Shown here piece by piece: positions 33,270 to 44,900 of a DNA stretch of 64,000 nucleotides; position 1 is the stretch's first letter, and each line of letters opens with the position of its first letter. The stretch is taken from NCBI GenBank assembly GCA_000002445.1, contig CM000207.1:2368001-2432000 (forward strand), read 5' to 3'. Both the position numbers and the translations under genes were made by a program. The notes beneath the pieces are model-generated. The model was not told the origin of the DNA. It saw only the letters and a list, made by a program, of their open reading frames with translations, and did not search any database. The DNA is from Trypanosoma brucei (lineage: Eukaryota).

Positions 33270-36203
33270 AACTGAAATATATATATGGAGGGTTGTGGCA
33301 TTATTATTATTATTACTGTTTACTATTGTTAATGCTATTGTTAACATCTCAATTATTTATTTCTGTTACTGTTTTTTTTTACTTTTCATTTTTTAGTTAG
33401 TAATGCAAAAAGATGGATTTCATAAAATGCTTTCACCTGCGGCAGCTATCGTTATTATCACAATGAATCGGATGCGTGCACACAGGCCTTCACGCTTATT
33501 ATTTTATTTTATTTTTTAGCGATTGATAACAACAAGTAAAAACACAGATGAAAGCTTCGTTTTGGCAATGGAGAAATTATCATATGTCATTCAATACAAA
33601 ATTATAATAACTATAATATAATATAAATGGTGCTTACGAATCAATCGGATTGTGTTGGGGACGTGCCGGAAGGCACGTCAACGGGTTTCCAACACACGAA
33701 CGATCAGGGAAGTGAACGGCAATTGCAACTTGTTTTTTATTTGTATTTTTATTTTTGCTCTTGAGTCTAATGGTGGTGATGAGCATATTTGTACAGAGTA
33801 ATTGGGGATGTTTTCATGCCGGATGTTATGGTTTATTACATGAAATGCCCTTTTGGTAAATGCGTTCCATCAATTTTCGTCAAACTGACCGCTGTTATTG
33901 TTGTTATTGTTGTTTTTATTCATACACGCGCTAAATGATTGTGGGATCAGTTTATGGTACCGTTCAAAAATGTATATAACACGGCGTTGCATTTATGCAT
34001 GAAGTTAAGTTAAATTAAGTTAGGTTAAGTGAATTGTTCATTCAGTTGTCAAATATGCGAGTTTGAAACAGTGATTAAAGGATGGAACGGTGTGAAGTGC
34101 TCGATATCTCTTCTTTTTTTTAAAAAAAAAGTATATAAAATAAAGCAAGAAAGGATTTGAACGGGGTTTCGGAGGAATTCCTTCGTTAGTAAATTCTTTT
34201 TTTGATGCCTCCAGTGGTTTCAGGAACCGAACATAGATTATAACATCTCAAGTGGAAACTTAAATTTCACACGAAAATATGCCTTTTGAAAGTCGTTTAC
34301 AGCAAATGGCCATTAGCAATGATGTGCGTTGATCCTCCCGCCTAAGAGGTGATAACTTAAACCTTTAAAATGCTGGAAAGAATCTTTGAATAAGTTGAGT
34401 GTATGACATTATGGTTCCTTAACTCTAAATAAAACGCCACATATTGTAATGTTGAGGTACGGGGACTTGTGTGTCCCTCTACGCCCATTGGGGAGGGGAG
34501 AGCCGCGTATTTTAACTGCATTTGCAGCGTTTTATCCCTCAGTGTGTGGGTGTGGCCCATTTAAGGAATGCACAGCTGAAAGATGCTCCTTGAAACTGCT
34601 TTTGCTTTCACCCGTTAAATCCATGAAGCGATGACTTGCAACAAAAACAGCGTTTGTACGTGTATATTAATATGTTTATGTACGTGTGTGAATATGGATA
34701 TAAATATTGATATTGATATTTCCTCCTTGAGGATAATAGTAATTTCTTTCTTCAAGCGTTTGTCCTGCCCCAGTTACAACAAAGTAACATCCACATGTGT
34801 CTTCCTCTGCTGTTGATTTTGACGTGACTGCGAGACGTCCACTCGACAATGCGAAGATGTGGGAGAGCATGGCTGCGTTATACAGGTGTTTGCACTATCA
34901 ATTTGCTCGGCCCCTTATCAAGGGCTTTCGTTTTTACGTGTTAATGAAACCACGAATTAATTCATCAGTACCGTTGACTGCTCTTTCCGCTATGGGCGGC
35001 ATCAGAGATGTAACCGCACCATAATAGTGATGCGCCGACGCTCATAAGGAATGTGGTTTTCCACCTAAGTAGACTGTGAGGTGATGCTCCATTTGTATAT
35101 GCGCCGGTAGGGGCCATTTAGAGGCAAATGATATTCGTGTGTGTACACGTTCGCGTGTGTGCATGAGGGCTCTGGAACTTAAACTGGAGGTGTAAAGCAT
35201 ATACACGCCGACACTTCTATTTTTTTGGGGGGGGGAAGTACCAAATCTGACGGAGGGTTTGTCGTTTTCGCCCGGAGGATGTACCATTTTAAAAACTTAG
35301 GTTAATCAAATCGAAGAACATGTCGGCCGTGTTGATTTCAAGTGGGGTGTTTGTTGTGGGGAACAGCACACAAGTTAAAAGGAGTGCACAGTGCATGAGT
35401 TGCCTTGTGGGGTGGACCGGTGCATACATACGAATATTCAGAGACTCTTTTGGGTCTTTTTTTATTTTTTTAAAAAAAAACTTTGAAGATGCCCCTGCTG
35501 ATTTATAGTTACTCCACATCCGAGCGATGATTGAGTGGGAATGATCGCAGAGAGTCATACGCGTGTCGGCACTCCTGGCTTTTTTTCTTTTTATCAGGTG
35601 AGGTTGGTGCGTGTGTAACGGAAGCAGAAGAAGGTAAAGCGGGACGAATAGGAGAGTCTCAGTGGCAAAAGGATTCGTTACTGGCATGAAACTAATTGCC
35701 AATTCAAAGAGCTTTTCCGCATCTTTCCCAACAAGACGGGAGACGATAAAAGAAACAGGGCTGTGTAAGGGGGGAGGAAAATGGGCGAGCAATAGCCGCT
35801 GCAGTTAAAGAGTATGTGCTGCCTTGTGGGAAAGTTTAATGATTTGCATTCCTCAGCGGTGAGGTTAGGAATGAAAAAAAAAAATTTCCTATGGAAGAAA
35901 TCTCGCGGTTGGGTGCTGGGGAAGCCGAAGCGGCAGTTTGGGTCGCGATCATGCAATCCGCATCACTCGTGAAAAAATGTCTGGTTGACCACGCGTTTTT
36001 GTCGGTAATTGTGGGTCAGTGGCGCGCTATGACCTCTTCTAAAACCAATAAACAAATTGTCAACGAGGCTAGAACTTAACACATGTGGGTAAAGTCCGTT
36101 GTGGTGTAGCCGCTGGTTCGAACAATCCTAAATGCTTTTTTTTTGCAATTTTTTAAGACACTCAACGTTGCTCCTCCCTTTCCCTCACCTTACCTCAGGG
36201 AGT

Positions 36204-37439
36204 ATGAGAACGATCCTCACCACATTAGGGTTATTGTTAGGCGTCACGCAGTACTCTGTGGGTGTCCCTGGAGCTGCCCTCAGCGTTGCAGCCGCTAGAA
36301 TAGTGTGCGAAGCGGCTATGGAACTTGGGAGAGCCGAATCTTATATCTCGATGAAACTGCGCGAAACGCGCGACTTGATCGAGTCCTTGAAAGTTGCTCG
36401 CAGACTCCTTGATGGCAAACTGCAGCGGGACAGACCCATCGGGGAGGAGTGCCTGAACGCAGTTAAGCTTATCGCTCACGCAGATGGTCTGGGTCGCAAA
36501 CTAGAGTCGCAATATTATGAGTTGGAGAGGATAGGGTTCAAAACCGCCTCCAAGTCCCGGCTGGCCTCCGGGAGACTCCACGAATTTATTTTAGTGTTTT
36601 CCCAGTGGCACGACGGCGAGGGCAGATGCATTGCCAACGGGGACGAGGAGGGCGACACACAGGGTGAAGTCACGCTGCGCCGTTGTATGAGCAGTTTGGT
36701 TAACGGAAGCTACGAAGACGGTGGCGGTGGCGTCCATCACAACTTCCCGCGTTATCTGAGGGAATCATTTCAGAATCTTTTTACGCTAGATGAGGATGTA
36801 TCGCTGAACAAGGATAATGGATGTCCTCTGACAAGGTGGAAAGTCATCCACAACGCAACGGCAAATGCCACGGGACGGAGTGGGGCCGCGGAAGATGTTA
36901 GGTGGGCAGGTGGGCTCCTTATTGTCACAGGTAACGGCCCCAGATGGATTTCAGACATTGAAGGGGTCCCGATGCTATCCAAAACGAAAACTAGCCTTGG
37001 AAAATTTGTGTCGATGTCCAGTAAAATTACCAGTGCCTTCAGTAATTTTATGGGAATAGTTTGGGCAGACAACCCGTGGTTGGTGAACAGCAGTGAAGTG
37101 GACAGTCTGATCGTGGGTGTTGACCTCTACATCTTTATGCACCCTTCCAGGGACTTCCAGATCAATGAAAGGGACCTAGACCGCCTGACAAAAACTTATT
37201 GTGGCGAACCCCTCCCCGCTCACGTGCGGCTCAGCGACAAAGTTGCTGACGGAAGGGACGGAAATAGTGACGTCTCGCCTCGCGGCCCTGTAGTCCCCGC
37301 AAACATATCTGAAACCAATACGATTTTCGGTAGCGATGATGACGATGAAGATTACAATGGTTTAACGGAGGTTAAGGCTGGGACCGAGCTTCTGTCGTTG
37401 TTGTTTCCCCTCGTGGCAATAAACCTTTTTCTTGTCTGA
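36204..37439 (+). CDS. GPI-anchored surface protein of the ESAG6/7-PAG (transferrin-receptor-like) lineage, 412 aa from the second Met
   Basis: Signal peptide 'MRTILTTLGLLLGVTQYSVG'. Motif 'ASGRLHEFILVFSQWHDGEGRCI' closely resembles ESAG6 'AAGRLEEWIFVFAQAAGRSSQFCI' (from memory). C-terminal GPI-type tail 'GTELLSLLFPLVAINLFLV'. The ORF-track start at 36132 lies inside the upstream polypyrimidine tract (36135-36198), so 36204 is the more likely start. Confidence 0.7.
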   Translation: MRTILTTLGLLLGVTQYSVGVPGAALSVAAARIVCEAAMELGRAESYISMKLRETRDLIESLKVARRLLDGKLQRDRPIGEECLNAVKLIAHADGLGRKLESQYYELERIGFKTASKSRLASGRLHEFILVFSQWHDGEGRCIANGDEEGDTQGEVTLRRCMSSLVNGSYEDGGGGVHHNFPRYLRESFQNLFTLDEDVSLNKDNGCPLTRWKVIHNATANATGRSGAAEDVRWAGGLLIVTGNGPRWISDIEGVPMLSKTKTSLGKFVSMSSKITSAFSNFMGIVWADNPWLVNSSEVDSLIVGVDLYIFMHPSRDFQINERDLDRLTKTYCGEPLPAHVRLSDKVADGRDGNSDVSPRGPVVPANISETNTIFGSDDDDEDYNGLTEVKAGTELLSLLFPLVAINLFLV

Positions 37440-38904
37440 TGTGAATGTAAAAGAAGTAACTGGCTCGTATATACATTGATCTCTTGTATTGGGTAGAGCT
37501 CGCCATTTTGCAGCCTATGCGTGCCACAACATCTGTCACCGTGTGTAACAAGTGAAGTTCCAGTTTACCTTGGTCATTGCATTTAACTTTCCTAAACCTC
37601 CATCCACATCGTGCACTCCGCCAAACTGTAGCGCGGGAAGTTGTTGAAAAATGTGAATCTCATTGCATCCTTTTGCAATCCGACTTTCTTGGTCCACGCA
37701 AGCATGGGTCAGAAAGCATTTTAGCCAACCTCGGAAGTCACAACCAAGGAACTCATAAAAAGAGCTCCTTCCTCCCTGGTACAGTGCGCTGTCAAAATAA
37801 AAGTCCTGTCCCCCTTTCCCTGACTGTTTTCTCCGCCGGTTAGGGCGGCTGCAGCGTTGGTAGAACCAGGTGGTATTTCGCGCTAAATCCTTATTCCAAA
37901 TGACGGTAGAACGCATCAAATGAGAGCAAACACAGAAAATTCGGTTATGATACTATTGTGATGCAGTCATTTCGGAAAGACGTGCAAAGGCGGTAGTGTT
38001 CAGCAGCGCAGCATTGTCGTCAAGGGAAACGGCGGGTAATGGGATGAGACAGTGGAGAACCCAGCACGCTGAAAGCTGAAGCACATTACAGACTCGTAGT
38101 GTTCAAGGAACGAACTGCACCTGCGTTAAGGTGCATGTCAACTTCAAAAATGCGAGGAATCAGCGCTGCTACTGAGAGGATTGTTGATTGCCACAGGAAG
38201 TGGCCCACCAACATGGTGCAGTGCGGTGCAATGAGGAGATCACTTGCTCACGCGACTCACAGAGGGAACTGAAGAGTATGCTACGGCCAAGTTAGAGCCA
38301 AGTGTACTGGACAGGATTATGAGGTGGGAACAGATAGGAACTAACAAGAAATCAAAACTACGTTTGTAAGATACACAAAGAAGAGGCGCACTGAAGATTA
38401 CTTCATGCCGCACTATTTTTGTGGCGGCCAAACTTAAAAGTGGAGAAGGGTAAAGGAAGTCAACGAGTGCCCGAAGCTTTTGTAATTATTTGGTTGAAGG
38501 AAGTTGCTCCAAAATGACGTGCGGAATGGCCGCGCAGCTAAGGCGGGAGAGAAAATTGTAGTAATTTAAAGCAAGGGTGAAGGAGCTTACCTGCTTATTT
38601 GCTTAAACGGCTGCACAGCAACCGTAGGGCAAAGAAATGGAATTCAGAAATACGGTAGAGGAAGATATGTGTACACGTGCAGCCGGTGTGGTTCCTTTGG
38701 GGTTCCGTTAGGTATTAAATGGGGGTAAAGCCATTGTCAATGACAGTGAGCACGAGGCCGAAGATAACGGCTGGTTCATCCGCTTACACAAGCAAATTTT
38801 TCAACAAACAGATACTTTTTTAACTTTCACTAACTGTAATTATATGCCTCTCAGTTAAACATAAGGCTAATAAATTCCAAAAGCGTTTCGATCGTAACGA
38901 TAGC

Positions 38905-41900
38905 GACATATGTCGCTAAGACACACATGAAAACATGCACAGTGGTCGTACCAAAGTATCCTCACCAGCGTAGCAACACAAAAAGTTAATGGAAATTTCC
39001 TATGGAAGAGAAACCATGCGATATTCCGGTAAGGCACTTGAAACCCTTCAGTAGCAGGCGATATCCACGGATCGTTAACAACATGGAATGAGAATCACAA
39101 CACACAAGGGGGAAAGGAATCGCAATTACTCTTTGAATATCAATACTTTTAGAGGGTCGAACTATCATCTGTCATCTGTCCCACGTGGCACTCTCACACA
39201 CCACATCAAGGGTGATGGGAGAAATTTTTTGTGGGAGCATACGATGGCCGATGAGTTGGTGAGAGATCAATTATGTTTGCAACACTGCCGTTTTGGTTAT
39301 TTTCTACTTGAGCACCTTTGATACAGTGGGCCATATCAGGGTTGTGCAATAAATGCGTAAAGTTAGTGGAGAAAAGTCTAACACCCTCTGCACCGCATCC
39401 TTACCAACAGAAGGAATGGCAGCAGCTCACTTAGATAAATCACTTCCCCCTGACAAGAATAGTTTAACAGAGGGCAGGTGAAAGGCACAGTGTTCAGCCT
39501 TTTACTGTTAAAAGCTGCAGTTACCTCCCTTCATTTTCTTACCAAACATCCCAAGACACAGCTTAAAGCATGGATTCTTTGTGGAAGACTTGACAGTGAG
39601 GAGAGGGAACGTGGATGGCTTTTCAGAAGGAACTGAATGTTATAGCTGTGATAGGAATCCGTATTTACTTCAGATAACTCGTCACGAAGAAAACAGGGTG
39701 TGAGGTGTTGGGAGGACATTTGGGGTCACGGTAATGCGGAAACGCGGCGACACCCACTCCATGTTGAATTTATATCCACACCGTTAATGTACTGGCAAAT
39801 CGGATATCCGCAGCGCCTTCTTACCCATAGAGTGCAAAGTGAAGAATACAAACTGACATTGACACTCTTCATTACTTCCAACATGTATTACACACGCGTT
39901 ACTCGGATGTAAGATATCGTGTGATTACAGGAGTTATTTCAAATATCAAGAGAGCTATGGAGAGTAATGGTTTCCTGATCTTTTTTCACCCATTCTGCCA
40001 TTTCATATCATCTCTCCCATGAAATTTCGATGATATGGGGAAACAATGTGTGGTGGAGCGTATATGTAAAAAGAAGACCTGAGGGCACTTTCACCCTGGG
40101 CACCTTGTCACACGAAATAGGAGCTATGGAAGACTTTCTCACTGAGGGTTGAGCCCCTTCCACACTATTTCATGGGATTCGTGCGAAGGGAAAACAGAAA
40201 AATTATGTTTTAGCAGTAGTCATGAAGAGTTTAATTTTGTGTGAAGTAATAACCCTGAGAACACTGAAACACTTCCATGAGATGTGTGGAAGAATGTCAA
40301 AATGTCAAGAAAGCTCAAAATACTTCACTTTTTGGTTCTTTTTTGATTTTGCTAGAGGACAAGGGTGAAACATGCAAGGCACTATGTACTGGGTTGTATT
40401 TTTAGTGGCGGTACTACAGGGTATTCATTTAGTGTCGGGCCAGGAGGAGATATTGAATGAACAAGAGTTTGAAGCGTTGTGTCGAATGATAAATTGGGCA
40501 GAAAGGGGACTGAAGCACATAAAAGTAACAAAACGAGTTACCCAAGAAGCTCTGAAAATAGGCGTAAGATATCTTGAAGTGGCCGGTGAGGAAAATGCTG
40601 CTGAACTCGCTGAGGCACAGGACTATTCTTGTACGAAGAGAATGGAGGATCGGAAAAGGAATTGTGGGCTGTACAAAACATTTTGGGAAGAGGCGCAGAG
40701 AGTATTGAACAAAGGGGTTGACAGCGGAGAAAGACCTGAGCGAAAAAAAAACGGCTTGCGGGAGCACAGTGCAGAGATTAGAAAAAAGGCAATGGAAGTG
40801 GCAGATATATATCACGAAATCGAAGCGAAGAGTCCATCTGGACAAGTAGAAAAGATTGAAGAACAGCTCAATAAAGCTCTTTATGGAAGGACACACACTG
40901 CTGAAGAGATAAGGGAAAGAGAAGAGCGAAGCAGGGTGTGCGGGAAAACATTACCAAATCCACCTAATAGAGAAGACCAATCACTAGCCGTGGATTTGCT
41001 GTGCTTGTGTGCAATGCACGGCTCTTGGAACGGCAGGGAGATATGCTGCGCAGACTGCACCACAGGAAGAAATAGCGAGGAGTGGAATCCAGAATCAAAC
41101 AGCGCGCACCGCTGGGAATTTCTGAAACAGAAGTGTGCGGGAGTCATTCCAAGCTATGGTAGCACGGGGGAAAGACTGCGTGATGCAAAACAAAATTTTA
41201 TGGATGCAGTAACGAAAATAACTACAAGGAGGGGGGAGCAGTTGTCCAAACTAGGAGAAAAGCAAAACAACAACGTAAAAGACTGCGGCGCGGACACAAG
41301 CAAGAGCCAAGGAATATGCATGCTGTACGGAGCAGTTGACGGAGTGAACCTGCCCTGGATGAAAACTTTGGAAAGTGTCGAAGACAGGATAGGACTTCTG
41401 ATGCAAGAGAGCCAAGACAAGACATCAAAACTTGAGAGAATTAAAGAGCTAAGTCAAGAGATAGAAAGCTTAATCAAAGGTGATACGGGGCGAGGAAGAC
41501 AACAGGGAAGACAGAAACGGAGTGTGGATACCGAGAACAGTGTCCCAGAAACCCCAGCTGACCCGAGCGATCCAACACAGTCAACCACAGATACCAATAG
41601 AAAAAAGCAAGGTGAAAGGAAACCGATATCAACAGGTAACGGTGCATCCAAAAGCTACGGTGGAGATGAGGTTGATTCTTACGATTCCAAATGCGATGGA
41701 GAAAACTCGGCATGCTCAGATTCACCAGCAAAGCCAACAGTAAAAAGCAGCAAAAGTGCTATAAATTGTCCACTGGGATTAATTTTGCTTTTGGTATAAA
41801 CGAAAAGTTCCAACACAAGGTAAGGAAAAAGAGATGGAATTGGTTGTGTTTGCGGCATCTCAATATTCCACACGGAGTGGGATGGTGTGCATTTCAAAAC

Positions 41901-44900
41901 TTGTACAGGAGACACGTGATGCGTCAGAGCAATCGTGCTCAGCAGCACAGCCATCCAGGAAGCCTAAACGAAAGAGGGAAATGTTGGGAGGGTTTATGCT
42001 TCGTGATACTAGTAATGCGTGTTGTTGAGAACCTTTTCATATTAAAAGGAACACTACAAAAACTGAAAGCATTTACGAATGATGGGAAAGCTCATAGAGG
42101 CTATAAACGGCTAAAATGTACCGGCCGTACTGAGTGGGTGGTGTGAAAATAAAAAGGGATATGTTGTAGAGAGTGTCAATACAGGAAGGCTACACAAATG
42201 GAAAGGAATAATAAATACAGAAAAAGGGACGTCATAATATTTTACTGAGCTCCATGCAGGAAGTGCAAGGGATATTTCCAATGGGGAAGTTGGGAAGGTT
42301 AAAAAAAAAGGCGAAAACATATGAGTGATAATGTAAATATAGTCTGATGGAAGGAAGTGTTGCTTTGGAAAAAGACAGACAAATAACTAAAAGAGGATTG
42401 ACTGGAGAAAATGATGCCAGGCGAAACACATAAAAAAATGGGTTCGGGAAGCATGGATATTTCGAACTTGGAACATAAAGACAAAAGAGCAGGAAAAGTT
42501 GTGGGAAATGGCATGTTATATATTTGCATCGTTATAGCAAAAAAAACTGTTTGGTGTGTCGAATGAGTGAAGGAACTGAGGCACTCAAGACCGCTGAATA
42601 AGAAAATGGAGAAGGAAAGCCACGGAAAGTAATGAGGGGATATCTTGAAAGCCGCGCACACAGACACGTACACTTGATAGCGGGGTGTGAAAAAGCAAGG
42701 AGTGGAACAAAAGCCTTCATCGCTATGATGGTTAAGAAATACGACACCACCACAATGCGCTGTATAATTCAAAGCAGACGTATTATTAAAGGGATCGGTA
42801 TTAGTGGAAATACCTGTGGTATTAACCTTTGCGGTGCTTGAAGTGATGGCATGAAAAAGATTAGAGATACCCTCTTCTGTGTTGTGTCGGATACATGGAA
42901 AAAGAAAGTGTGTGCTTGGCCTAAGGATGTAATGTGCTAAACCATAAGGCAGTAATAAAATACCTCAAAGCAATTCTATCGCCAAAAGGAATCGATGATG
43001 CTGTGGTTCAGACGAGAAATATCACACTACAGAATCCGACATTGCATGGGACGCAACTATGTGTCAACGCGGCGGTGATATAAGCTATCAAAGCAAAAAA
43101 TGATGCAATTATGGGGATTTATCATGCAGCAGCGTTGTCTACTATGGAAAATGCAGTAACCACTGAAAAGGAGGAAACATGCTTCAAGGAGCAAAAAGTA
43201 GCAGTGATTGCTGTAACAACAAGATTGTGGTTGTAAATAAAAAAAAAGAAAAGGAAGCGAAACTACGACCCAAGGATATTTAGAGTAGTATCGAAACTGC
43301 CTAAACATCACTAATGAATGCATATTTACCAAATGCGAATATATATGTATATGTGAATATATACGTACATCAATATTCTACAAAAATAGTGCTTTGCAGC
43401 GTGTGAGACTTTCAAAACATTTTTTGTGGAACACTTAAGCATAATTGTTGTTAATGGAAAATTGATCTATGGATACCTTCTTTTTGCTACATGTATTTTG
43501 AATTTGTTTGAGAGGAAAATGGTAACATCTCTGAGGTAAACTCTGGGACAATATAAAAGTGCTGGAGAAAATTTCTTGGTTTGACAGTAGCAATATCATG
43601 AACTAAAGAAGTGATTAAAAGATCTGTAACACGGGAGTATGTGCTTTTGCCATTGTACGATTTTCTTGATATATGCATTGAAGTGATTGATTGAATAGGG
43701 GTGCAAGTCTCATGAAACATGCTCTTCATTCAACCAAGGCTTTTTAGGAATATGCAGCAAAAGTCGAAAAATGACTGACTTGACAACCAAAATGGCGTCC
43801 CTATTCTATTAGTGAAAATTCGAATGAAACAGCACATAATGGAACTACATGAAAATTCAAAGGAAATGTGATATCAAATTCCTAACCCGCTGTATCAAAT
43901 TTCTCACACACCTTTCATAAAAGTATTTTTACATACATGTTTGAATTGAAAACACTCGACAAAATAATTTATGTGATCTGCGTATGAAATGTGTGATGAA
44001 TTCTGCCCAATCGTGCTAATCTCTCTATTATTGTTAAACCTCACCTTACCATTTGTTTCAGTAAAGGCAAGAAAGCAATATTAAATGATGAAATACTGTT
44101 AAACGGTGAAGTTACAAAGGAATATCTTTTCCGCAACAGAGAGTAACTATCTGAGAGGAGTTTAATGAACCGTGTACAATGATAGTGTCAGCACACTAAG
44201 TCTTGGAACAGCATAAACAGACTAGGATAACCAAAGGGGAAGAAGTGACACCTGGTGCTATGCAGTAACTAGCTTCAGAGGCAAAAAAAAGGCTGCTCAA
44301 TCCTATGGAAGCAATGTAACCTCACAGCCGTAGCAGTAGCGTGAATAAGAAAGGAAATGTGAACTTAGAAAAAACATATTGAACTCAAAGTGAAAAAGCA
44401 GAAGCAGTCAACCGCATAGAGGTATCAAAGGCATAACGTAGTTTGTTGGAAGGGGCGCCGAGCAAAATCAAGTTTTAGGCAGGTGATCCGGTATGGATGT
44501 ATCACACTGCACATGGATGCCACAAACCAAGAGACTTTGAATAGATGAAAGGAAAGATGAGAGACTTCGCGTCTATCAGGCGTGCTTGAGTTAGGGGCTG
44601 TAGTGGAAAGCAAACACAAACTGCTTACCCGAAGAGGGACAGTAACATGAACAATCCGAAATGGGTTTCAAACTATCTGGCACAATATCATTTTGACTGG
44701 GTCTGAGAGAGAGAGCTCTTTGGCCAGAGACAAACACGCGCGTTACTATAACCTTACAAATGACTCGAATACAGATATCAAATGCAATATTCTAAACGAA
44801 TAAAAACAAGGCTCAAGAGGCAACAATGCGGAAGATTCCGTTGAGTTACTTTACGTTAGCGTGAGGGTAGGAAAGAAAATGAAGAGATTTTGTGAATCTG

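Noticed and set aside
35289-35792. 167-aa - strand ORF in the cyclase-to-TFR-like spacer
   Set aside because: It lies on the opposite strand to all flanking genes within one polycistron. Composition is low-complexity, with no signal peptide or domain. It is probably spurious.
41691-42146. 151-aa + strand ORF overlapping the 3' end and flank of each 475-aa gene, and 157-217-aa - strand ORFs in the 3' flank (42299-42772, 50753-51226, 59244-59897)
   Set aside because: They are conserved only because the macro-repeat is conserved. The + strand ORF starts out of frame inside the upstream gene. The - strand ORFs oppose the transcription direction of the unit and encode low-complexity hydrophobic sequence with no recognisable domain.
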